A stretch of 32,000 nt of DNA from Dickeya solani IPO 2222. GTDB taxonomy: Bacteria; Pseudomonadota; Gammaproteobacteria; Enterobacterales; Enterobacteriaceae. This document shows, one piece after another, positions 13,668 through 25,600 of the stretch. The first letter of the stretch is position 1; each line of letters starts with the position of its first letter. The notes under the pieces are model-generated. The model worked only from the letters and a program-made list of their open reading frames with translations, had not been told where the DNA came from and did no database searches. The stretch lies in assembly GCF_001644705.1 (NCBI RefSeq), contig NZ_CP015137.1:360001-392000 (forward strand), in the 5' to 3' direction. Both the position numbers and the translations under genes were made by a program.

Positions 13668-16600
13668 GGTGTTTGGTCTTGCTGATTAAGTTTTTCAAGC
13701 GTTTTCAGGAAGGCCTTGCGCCCTTCCCCTTTGCTGCGCATAGGAAGCGCCGCCGGATTTTTATCCGGATGGTTGGCGATCCCTTCAAGCAGAATCACGA
13801 ACTGCTCAAGCAGTTGATCTAGCTGCGCTATCTGGGTGTCCATCCCCCGGCAGTCAAGACGTAAAAGCACACTGTGCGCCTCAACGCTGACCACCAGCGC
13901 CACATGCAGCCCAGGTTGAACGGCAAAGAGCGCGGAGATGGCCTCGCTCAAACCGGCCTCGTCGCCGTCAGTCAGCAGAGCAACCGCGCTATCAAACAGC
14001 GGCGCATCGCCAACCCAGCGCTCAATCCGCTCAAGCGTGGCCCCGGTATGGTCGAAACATTTTTCAAGCTGTGTTTCAACGCCTTTGAGCCAAAGCGCGG
14101 TCTTGTGGCGCCCAACCACCTGAATACGCGCGGGTATCATCTGAAGATGTTCATCATTAACATGCCGGATCAGGCCGAACTGGGAATACTTGCCCCGCGC
14201 ATGGCGATTGGTGAGAAGCGCCCAGCCAGCGGCCATCAGCGTCTCAACGGAGATCGCCTGACGTTGGGTACAGATTTGCAGGGCCGCCACCGTGTCCCGA
14301 TCGATTCGCCGCTCCACGGACAGCGTTTGCGGTGCGGAGGCTTCGGCATCCTGAACCTCTGCGCCGCCAAGCAGCACCGAAGCCATCAACGCGCCGACCT
14401 CGTCTTGGGCATGCGGTTCTTGGGCATGCAGTTGCTCAACCCAGAACGCCTGCAATTGCTCATCGTCTAGCGCGTCCACGTTGCGTTCATTCCGCGGGCC
14501 GGCAAACCATGCCTGCGGTACGGTAGGGGTAGGCGCGGCATCAGGAGCAGGTAGCGCAGCTAATTCGTTGTGGCGTGTTTGCCGCTGCGGTGCGTCAAGG
14601 CGCAGCGCGGCGTAAAGATCGCAGGGTTCTTTCGCAAAGGGGTAGCCGGGGAAAGCCACGCGACGACGTACTGCCTCGTGGTGTAACAGGCTCCAGTCAA
14701 TGTCGCAGCCACGACTCCACAGAGTGGCGACTTTGGCGAGCTGCTGCGTTTGCACCAATACATGAATAAAGTGCTTACCCGCCTCGCCGGCGATCAGCTG
14801 CGGGACATCTTTGGTTTCACGCACGTTGCCGCGATAAATATCCAGCTTGCTATGCTCAGAGGCAGGGTGAGCAATAAAGCACTCCAGTTTCGTCAGCAGA
14901 TCATCAATACTCGTCGCCACGATAGCCAACCGATGATCAAGCGTGACACGCCCAATCTGGCTGGTGTAGGCCAGGTCAGCGAGATGAAGCGCACTCCCCT
15001 GTTGCTTAATAAAGTCACGCATCTCGACGGCATACGCCGCCAAACGCTCCGCCCGATGCGCCGACAACACCACTATCTGCGGGCTGTTCTCCGCGTTATC
15101 CCTGGCGACAAGTGTTTGGTCACTATTTCGCATGAGCACGTCCTCGGGGGACTCAACCACCACAAATGCGGTAGAACCGCCCATGCCATAGGCGTTAATC
15201 CCTGCCAAACGCGTGCCTCTGGCATTGGTGCGCCATTCCTGCGCCTCGCGCGGGAACAGGAACGCAGACGTTTCATGCTCGAACGACGTGTTGACACGAT
15301 CAAGGTTGACACAAGGCGACAGACGGCCGTGCTGCATGCTCAGCAGCACCTTAATCAATGAACAGATGCCCGATGCCGCTTCCATGTGCCCAAGGTTGGC
15401 CTTGGTTCCCAACGCGCAAAAATGTTGCGCGTGAGTCTGGCGACGCAGCGCGTTGGACAGCGCCTTCAGTTCAATCGGATCGCCCAACTCGGTCGCCGCA
15501 CCGTGGCTTTCGATATACGTCAGCTCGTTAACGTCGATACGCGCCTCGTCCAGCGCCCGAACGGCGGTCTCCTCCATCACGGCCAGATTCGGCAAATATT
15601 GCCCCGCCCCCGTGCCCGCATGGCCGATGCTTGAACCGCGCAGCACGCCATAGATATGGTCGCCATCCGCCAGTGCGGTGCTCAGGCGTTTCAGTACCAC
15701 CATGCCGCTGCCTTCGCTTGGAATCAGGCCATTGGCGCGCTCATCGAAGGTGTGCTCCTTGCCGTCCGAAGAGAGCACGTTCATCTCCTGGAGCAGCATA
15801 TATTTGCTTGGGTGAAGGCTAAGATTAATGCCGCCGGCGAGCGCCATATCACACTCACCACCGAGAATGGCCTTACGTGCGATGTGCACGCTCGTCAGCG
15901 ATGACGCACAGGTGGTGGCAACGCAGAAACTGGGGCCGCGCAGATTCATCAGGAACGAAATGCGATTCGCCAGCTCACTGACGACAGAACCCGCCCCCGG
16001 ATATCGACCCGTGCGGGCATAAAGCTCGGCCATGACCCAGGTGAAATCTTCATTCATCGCGCCGACATACACGCCCACTTGCTGAGACGTGAGCGCTGAC
16101 GGGGTGTAACCGGCGTTCTCCAGGGCATGCCAGGCGGAGCGCAACAAAACACGCACCTGAGGATCGAGACGACTGGCTTCATCACTGCTCATACGGAACA
16201 TCTCTGGATCAAAGACATTCACGTTGTTGAGGAAACCACCGCGATTCACGTAACGCGGATTGCCGTTATCGTCCGGCGAAATAGCCCAACGCGCATTCGG
16301 GATCGTAGTCAGGCTCTCTTTGCCCGCCTGAATATCCGCCCAGAAATCCGCCAGATTCTCGGCGCCGGGGAACTCGCCCGCCACACCGATAATCGCCACG
16401 GCGTCACTGGCGGCATTCACACTGGTTGATAACGATGAGCGGGCAGCATGCGAACCCAAGGTATTCGTGGGCGCGTTAGGCATCGCCCGTTTAACATAAG
16501 GCGCGGCAGCGGCAGCGCCGGCGTGATGGCTATTCACCGTCGCTGCGGTACGACGCGGCGGCGTCTCTGCCGACACCTGCTGGCTCTCCTGCGTTGCGCC

Positions 16601-19600
16601 ATAACGCTCGCACAGATATCCGGCCAGTTTAGCCGTGGTATTAAACTCAAACGGCGCCGTTTTCGGCAGTCCGTCATACTCTTTCTCAAGCACGGCGCGT
16701 AACTCCATCAGCATGATGGAATCCATACCTAACTGCTCAAAGGTGGCATCCGCAGCGATATCGCCGGCAGGAAGCTTGGTGATGGTCGAAATACGCTCCC
16801 TCAGCGCGTTCTCGCTCTGCATGTAGGCGCTGTCGCTGGGCCGCGTCGGCTCAACGGCATGTTGCTTACTGGCCGCGACATTCACGCGCGCCGGCGGTGC
16901 AGAGCGCGCCACCTCATCGGCCTGAATACGCAGGGCACGGGCAATCTTGTTGCGGTCCCCAACCACAATCAGCAATTCAGGGCGTTGTTCGAGTAGCGCG
17001 CGTTCGAGGGCGATAAGGCCGGCCTCCTGGTCCAATGCCGCCATGCCGGAGAACGCAAACAGGGTGGCATCCTCTTGTTCGATGTTCATCTGACCACTGG
17101 CCCACAGCGGCCAGTTGATAGAGATAGTCTGACCGGCACGCCGCCCTTTTTTAACCAGGTTGCTGCGCCATACCGCATGGCTATCCATAAAGCGATTACC
17201 TGCGGCGTAAGCACCTGAACCCAAATCGCCGAGCACGGCTGAAACGGAAGAGAAGTTGACGAAAACGGAGAGCGGCTCCTGCGCCGTAGCGCGGTCAAGG
17301 GCCACCAGACCGTCTATCTTCGGTCCAATCAGCGCGTAAAATTCAGCATCTTGCAGTGCGGTCATCGGTGTTGCGCTAGCGACGCCCGCGCAATGCAACA
17401 CGCCATCCAATGCGCCGAATTCGGCTTTGGCTTGCGCAATCAACGCGTCAGCCTGCCCCTCTAGCGCTACATCCGCGGCGATATAGCGCACCTCGGCGCC
17501 TTGCTCGCGCATAGCAACCAGTTGCTGCTGCACGGCATCACCGGGCTGGGCCGAACGGCCGCTCAACACAATACGGGCCTGATAGCGGGATGCCAGATAG
17601 TTGGCCACCAGCAGCCCCAGCTTGCCGGCGCCGCCGGTAATCAAATAATGACCGTGACGGACGAAATTCAGGCGCTCATCACTCGTCGAGCCGTCTGTTT
17701 TGGGGGGCACAATTTCGCCAAGCTGACGCTGGTAGCGTTTTCCACTCCGGTAGGCCAACTCTAATCCGGCAATCGGGGCAGGACGCGGTACGAACTCCAG
17801 ATGAATATGGGAGGCAAGCGCCGCAGCGCTATCCGCATCGCTACGCAATGTGAACAGCTCGAAGCGATGGTTAATCGTCGACAACGAGCGTGCATATCCA
17901 CTTGCCGCATCGTGTTGCGGCTCGACCTGATCAGGCGGTGCGGTATAGACGTTAACGCAGCGTAGCGCTTGCCCCGGTGTTACCGTTTCCAGCGCCACAA
18001 ACAGGTTACGTAACGACTGCAATCCGGCATGCAATAACGGCGCGACACCAACGGCTGGGAAGTCATCAAAGTGCTTATCCGCGCCGATTGCATGCACGAT
18101 GTGGGTAGGCCACATCTGCTGTGCGGCCAACTGCTCACACAATGTCTGTACGCTGGCTTGAGATTGCATATCGGCGCTGAATCGGCAGGCATCGTGCTGG
18201 GCAAACGCGTTTGCCTGCGTAACGGCAATCACGCGTGCTGAATCACCGTAAAGCGCGCGTAACGCCTCAGCCAACGCGTCGTCATCGCTGAGCACCAACA
18301 CCTGTATCGCCGCGGAACTCACCGCTGTAACCGAGGTGGTTTCCGGCAGTGGCGATGCCTGCCACTCATAGGCATAGTACTGCACGTCTTGTGACGTCAT
18401 TGGCTGTGCCGTACTGGTATCACTCTCCAGCGTACGTGCGGCGAAGTCTTTCAGGCGCGCCAGCACCCGACCAGTAGTATCCACCAGCGTAATATCGTGC
18501 TTTTGAATCGGGCCGCCCAGACTCTGGCCCGACACACTCGATTGCGCTGGCGTCACATAGGCATAGCACTCTGTGCCGAGCGGATGGCGAAACTCCAGCT
18601 CACCGAGGAAGAACGGCACAATCGGCGTTGAATAGTCAGACGGCTCCAACCCTACCGCCAGACAGGTACGCAGCGCGCCGTCTAACAGCGATGGATGCAG
18701 ATAAAACGCATCAGCGGAACGTACCGCATCGGGCAGGCACAAATGACTTAGCGCAGAGTCAGCAAAGCGGTAACGCTCACGCGTCACCTGATAGCTCGGG
18801 CCATAGGCAAAACCCATTTTGGCAAAATCAGCATAGATAGCCGCCTGATCGCTTTCGTGTTTGCCGCGGTTACGCAGCGCGTCAAGATCGATCCATTCAT
18901 CGGCAATCTCGGTAGTTTTCGGGCGATAAACCAATTCCGCTTCTAGCGAGAGCACATCGGTATGGCGGTTACAGATCGCCACCTGCACGCTTTCGCCATC
19001 CGAGTGCGCCAGGTCGATTTCAACCTCCACCGGCTCGTCGTCCACCTCGATGGCGTTCATCCACATCAGGTTGCGAATAGCCCCCACGGCCCACTCGTTT
19101 CCAATCGCCAGTTGGCCCGCAGCGTGCATCATTTCGATATAGGCCGAGCCGGGTAAGATCACCCGCGCATCAGCGCTGCCAACCACATGGTCACGCAGAT
19201 AGGGCTCCTGCCCGGTCAGCTGTTTGATAAATTTCTGCTGCGACAGCGTGGAGGTGTTCTCGTCAATCAACGGGTGCAGCGATTTAACGCGGTGTGATTC
19301 GCCTGGTTCCGAAGGCAGAGCCAGCCAATGGCTGCGCATCATCAGCGGCAAAGAAGGGAATGAAACCCGACGCACCGCATGGTCTGCAAAGAGTAACGGC
19401 GCGACCTGTTGCCAGTTCACATCCAGCATCGTGGTCCACAAGCGGCCCAAACGCAGAAGCTGGCGTTCTTGTACCAAGCCGGTCACCAGCTCATCAAGCT
19501 GCCTGCCTTCAAGGATGGTATCCAGACGTTCGCTGCTGCCGGCGACACGCCCACGAAACAGCTGTTTCGCCGCGCCGTCCTGCCGGTATTGCTCAAGCTG

Positions 19601-22600
19601 GCTCAGTAAATCGCCCAAGCTGCTCGCCACCACCGCGAGGCGTTCTGCCATGGCGTCGCGCCCGACCAGTGAAGAAAATGCCAGAGAGTCAAAACCGGGC
19701 GCCGTCTGCGGTTCATGCACCGCCTGACTGAGGAAGTTCACCATCCGCGCTACATACAGCGATAAACGTTCTTCGCTATCCGCCGAGAGCACGAACAGAC
19801 GCGGTTCACCACGATGTGCGGCGGCCGATGCAAGTTTTGACGCGTCGTCTTGCGGCGCGTCTTCTATCAGCACATGGGCGTTTGAACCACCCGCACCGAA
19901 GGCGCTCAGGCCGGCACGACGGGGATGATCGGCAGCCGACTCCCACGCCTCAAGCGCCTGCACCACACGGAACGGCGAGGCAGTGAAGTTAATTTTCCCG
20001 TTCAGCGTCTGTGAGTGCAGTGACGGCACGATCTTACGATGACGCATCTGTAGCAGGATTTTGGTCAACCCGGCGATACCGGCGGCGGACTCAAGATGCC
20101 CGATATTGCTTTTCACTGAACCTATTCGGCAGTGACCCGGCTGTCGTTCGTCGTTGAGCCCCCGTTGTGCATTGATACGCGAAAAGGCTTTGGCAAGCCC
20201 GGAGATCTCAATCGGATCCCCCAGCATCGTGCCGGTGCCATGCGCTTCAATGTAATCCAGTGACGCGGGGCTCCAGCCAGCACGCTCAAGTGCCGTGCTG
20301 ATAACGTTGCTTTGTGCCGCCTGATTCGGCACCGTAAAACCGCTGGTTTTGCCGCCGTGGTTGATGGCTGTGGCCTTGATCACGCCATAAATTTGGTCGC
20401 CATCCGCTATCGCCTGCTGCAACGGTTTAAGCAGCACCGCGCCCACGCCTTCCCCTGGGACATACCCATCGCCGCCTTCGCCGAAGGCCCGGCAACGCCC
20501 ATCGCTTGAAAGGAATTGGTTTTGCCCCAGTTGGTAATATTTCATCGGGTGCACGATCAGGTTGACGCCACCGGCTATCGCCATTTTACAGTCGCCGCTT
20601 TGGATCGCCTGACAAGCCAGATGTAGCGCGGTGAGTGACGACGAGCACATGGTGTCCAGCGCTACGCTGGGGCCATTCAGATTGAAATAGAATGAAACCC
20701 GGTTGGCTACCGATGAGTGCAACGACATGGCCCAGCCGGATTCGTGCTGTTTTTCCGTCGTTTCAATGCATTGATACTGCCCCCACATCACCCCGACATA
20801 CACACCGACCTGCGATTTGCTCAGTGCGTGACGCGAGTAGCCGGCATCCGAAACACACTCCCACGCGGTTTGCAGAAACAACCGTTCCTGTGGATCCAAC
20901 AGCTCCGCTTCACGAGGCGATATGTTGAAATATTGGCTGTCGAACTGATCAATATCATCGATAAATCCGCCCCATTTGCTGTAGACCTTGTTCTTAGGCC
21001 CCCGCACTGGGGAATAATGTTGGTGATAGCCCCAACGTGACAGCGGTATTTCGGCGATGCTGTCTACGCCGCCAGTGAGGTTGGCCCAGAATTCATCCAC
21101 GTTTTTGGCGCCCGGATAGCGGCCGCTCAGCCCGATAACCGCAATGTCATCTTTTACGCCAACCACGCCAACCGGTTCAGTGTCGCGCGACGCATTACGT
21201 CTCAGGGCATCAATACGCGACGTGTTCAGCAGATTGGCCAGCGTCGGGCGCGAAGCCGGCATCGGCGACGCGGCGTTGTGTTGAAGCGCGGGCTGCTGCG
21301 CGGCCTGTATCGCCTCGGCCCATTCGGCCAGCATCTGATAACGGTAGACGGCGGTGGCACTAACGCCGGTAAAACGCGCATCCAGCTCATGCTGTAGGCG
21401 AATAAGATTGATGGTATCCAACGGCCACTGCCAGAGCGGTGTCAGTGCAGAGTGGTTTGTCGCTGCCGAACCGACCGCCGCCGTCAAACTGTCAAATACC
21501 CCATCGCCTGTCGCCGATACCGGGTTTGCCGAACGGTCCGGTTCAGCAGCGGGCTCCGCAGCATGACTGACGTTTTGCTGCAACAGCGCTACCGGCGCTG
21601 ACGTGACGCTCGCCGTCGCGGGCTGCAAGGTGGCAACCTGATCGGGATAGCTCTCACAGAGAAAATCTGCCAGGGAGTCGATGTCCTGATATTCGTAGAA
21701 CAGTGTTTGCGACACCTCACCAAAGCGGGCTGCAAGCTTCCCGTTCAAGGCCAAAATCATCATCGAATCAAGGCCATAATCCGACAATTGTGTAGCAGGT
21801 CGCACCTCGCCGGCATCTAACCTGGTGACCTCAACAATGCTGGCTATCAGATAATCCCGCACGCCGTCACGTACTGAGCGGGCGCTCACAGGCTGCGCCT
21901 CACTCAGTTGCGCCACATTCGGTTGCACCCCACTCAGTTGCGCCCTACCCGGCGCTGGCTCTGCGGACGTTACGTCAGCAGGCGGCACCACCTGTTCGGG
22001 ATAGTTTTCAATCAGATAATCAGCCAGTGAAGCGAGGTCTTCGTATTCATAGAAGAGTGTTTGAGGAAGGCCATCAAAGGTTGCCGAAAGCTTCTCGTTC
22101 AAGCCCAGAATCATCATCGAATCAAGACCATAATTCGATAACAGCCCCGAGGCGGTCACGTCGCCGGCATCCAGTTTGGTCACGCTAATGACATGAGCAA
22201 TCAGCGTATTAACGACAGCCTCGCGCGAAGGGGGCGCGCCAGACTGCTGACGCGGCGTAGCGGCAATAACCGACGCCGCCGCAACTGGCGCGCTGCCTGC
22301 GCTCATTGGCGCGGCGGGCTTCGCATTCTGCGCTGCTCGTAATGATCTCATGCCCAGATGCGGCACCGCTTGTGTCTGCAACTGGGTGAGTCTTATCACC
22401 ACATTGCCGATGCTATCGAGCAAATCAATATTGTAGCTTGCCGTCGTCGCCGTCGAGCCGTGTGCGTTATCCCGGCGGGCGTAGGCATAGCAAACCCCGT
22501 CAATCGGCTTAAATATCTGCAACCTTGTCAGGGCAACCGGAACATCAAGCGTATTGGTCGTTGCGCTAAAGCCACCGATACCCAGCGCGGTACGTAATGC

Positions 22601-25600
22601 GCCATCCAGCAGTGAAGGCGGCAGGATAAATGGCTGCACCACCGGCGTTATCTGCAAGCCGTCAGGGAACTTCAGCTCCGCCAGTGCCTCTTCTGCATTG
22701 GCATACAAACACTCCAACACCTGAAAAGCCGGGCCGAGCGTAAAACCACGCTGCTTGAAAGCCACGTCGATATCGTTGCGCTGATAAACCTGGCCGTTAG
22801 TCAGCAGCCTTTGCAAGTTAGCAGGCTCTGGCTGAGGCGATGTCTCCTCACACAAGCGACCACTGCCATAAACATGGCGTTTCTCGCCTTCCGCCCGGTA
22901 AATCTCAAAATCGAGCCCACCCTGCGAGGGTGCCAGCGAGATAGCGATCTCTATTGCATCACGCTCTATTGCATCACTGGCGACCATAATGGGCTGACGC
23001 CACTTAATATTCTGCACCTGAGAAAGGACGGGCCTGTCGCCCGAAAGCGGCAGCGCAAGGCCTTGCAACGCCAGCTCGCTGGCGCTCAATGCCATCTCGA
23101 TGTAGGCGGCGCCGGGCAGAATACGGTTATCGCCAAGGCGGTGGTCGTTCAGTAAAAATTCGTCTGCGCGCAGTCGCTTGCGGAATGCTTGCGAGGCCAG
23201 AGTAGAAATATTGGCATCAATCAGCGGGTGCAGCGCAGCGGCGTCCGACACCACAGAACCCAAAATCGTGGCAGGTAAGGTCGGCGCCCAGCAGTCCTGG
23301 CGCTGGAACGCATAACCGGGCAGAGAGACACGCCGACGGGAATGCGCCGCATGCAACTGGCTCCATTCCACCACATGTCCATTGGCCCAGGCCTCGCCCA
23401 GTGCGCCAAGGCGCCCCTGCTTTATCCACTCAGCCAACGGCGGCGTTGAGGTTGCCTGACGCGCATTGTCTCGATGGCCGGTGATCAATCCCGATAATTG
23501 CTGTTGGGCATAGGCGCGCAGCATGTTGACCGCATCCGCCGCGACTTCTACGACAAACGCCAGTCGATATTCGTGTGCAACGCGTCCAACCTGGAGCGTA
23601 TAGGCAACATCCTGTAGCGACAGCTCCGGATGCTGTTCAATATCAGAATATTGTTCAATAAAGGTCGCAAGCTGCCCGGCCATGATGCGCAGCGCCGTTT
23701 CACGACGAGCAGAAAGCACGATCAACGCAGGCTTACCCTTGTCAACGGCAGCAGGCGGCGGCGCAATATATTCTTCGACGATCAGATGCGCGTTACTTCC
23801 CCCCGCCCCGAACGAACTAATGCCTGCGATACGCGGGATTTCTTTTGCAACGCGCTGACCATTCTCTTGCGTCACGTCAAGCACAGGGCGCAGCCATGGC
23901 TCCAGCGATTGCTGAAGACGGAATGGTCCACTCTGAAAGTCGATAAACGGATTAATCGCTTTTGACTGAATCGACGGCACCAGCGTCTGGTGTTTCATCT
24001 GCAGCAGCACTTTGGTCAATGCCGACATACCGGCGGCAGCTTCCAGATGACCAATATTGGCCTTGACCGAGCCGATGGCGCAGTATTTGGCATTCTCTCC
24101 GGCGGTCGAAAAGGCCTTATTCAACCCGCTGATTTCAATCGGATCGCCAAGTTTGGTGCCCGTACCATGCGCTTCGACATAACTGATATGACGCGGATTA
24201 ACATTAGCCGTCTCCAGCGCATCAACGATCAACTCAGCCTGACGTTTCGCGTTAGGAACCGTAAAACCGGAGGTTTTACCGCCGTGGTTGACCGCCGTAC
24301 CACGAATGATGCCATAGATATGGTCACCGTCTTCCCGGGCCTGAGACAGCGGTTTAAGCACCACCGCCCCTACCCCTTCTCCCGGTACATACCCCGTGCC
24401 GCCCTCACCAAAACTGCGGCAGCGACCGTCCGAAGAGAGGAAGTGCATATTGGATAACAGATGATACTTATAAGGGTGCAGCGACAGGTTGACGCCGCCT
24501 GCAATGGCAACCGGGACATCGCCGCTGCGAATGGCATGGCAGGCAATATGGATAGCCGTCAATGACGATGAACAGGCCGTATCCAGCGCCATACTGGGGC
24601 CGGAGAAGTTAAAGAAGTGCGAAACACGGTTCGCTACCGACCAATAAGATGAATGAGAGGTCGTCCACTCGTCTACGGGACTGGTGATGGCATGAAGCTG
24701 GTAATCCCCCCACATCATGCCGACATAGACGCCGACGCGGTTTTCACGCCCTACTTGCAAGGGTGCGAGCTTGTCTGCCGTATATCCAGAATCTTCTATG
24801 GCATGAGTGACGGTTTCAAGGAACAGCCACTCATTCGGGTCCATGATTTCCGTTTCTTTCGGGGAAATATTGAAATAACGGAGATCGAAGCGTTCTACGT
24901 CAGAAAGGAATCCTCCCCAACGACTATAACTTTTCCCCGGCGTTGCGGCGCCTTCCTGAAACCAGCGTGCGTCCCAGCGTTCAGACGGAACATCGATAAT
25001 GCAGTCACGCCCTTGAGTCAGATTGCTCCAAAACTGATCGAGATTATCCGCCTGGGGGTAACGCCCGGCGATACCGATAATGGCAATATCGTCATCGTTT
25101 ACGACACGCTGCGATCCCTGCAACCGTTGCGCCGGCGAAACCGCACGAACCCCATCAGAAGCCGACAATGCGGCGGTGACAGCGGGCTTTACAACCGTGT
25201 TCGCCGACGCCGTACCCCGCAGGCCATGACAGGCCTCATGACAGTTCTCAAGCAGGAAGCGACTAAGCTCTTCCATGGTTTGATATTCAAAGAACAACGT
25301 CATCGGCAACCCGCTGCCGAATGTTGTTTTCAACGCATTGACCAGTTCAATAACCACGACCGAATCGAAGCCATAGTCACGAAAGAAACCATTACGCTCA
25401 AAGTACGGCGGGATTTGTAATTTTCTGGCAAACAAGTCGGACAAATACCGAATAACGACATCCTGTAGCGAGTGGCTGTCGTCAGCATCGGGGGCGCTCA
25501 ACACGTCATGCACAGGCGCAATATCGACAACGCCCAGAACCGCCTCAATACGCGCCGCCTCTCCAGGCATCACCACAATCTGAGAAGCCTGGCTTTGCAG

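Larger units (their letters stand above)
21296..22225. repeat. Three ~354-bp in-frame tandem repeat units encoding the carrier-domain array (the third is degenerate)
   Basis: The active-site codons fall at 22118, 21764 and 21413, giving periods of 354 and 351 nt. The DNA of units a and b is visibly similar, for example ...cagaatcatcatcgaatcaagaccataat... versus ...ccaaaatcatcatcgaatcaaggccataat.... The a-b linker itself holds a 14-bp direct repeat, cactcagttgcgcc, at 21901 and 21931. Confidence 0.8.

Noticed and set aside
15146-16405. I considered calling KS4 a non-elongating KS0.
   Set aside because: The Cys, the HG(A/T)xT His and the NxGH His are all present, so decarboxylative condensation cannot be excluded from sequence. 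I left it as a divergent KS.
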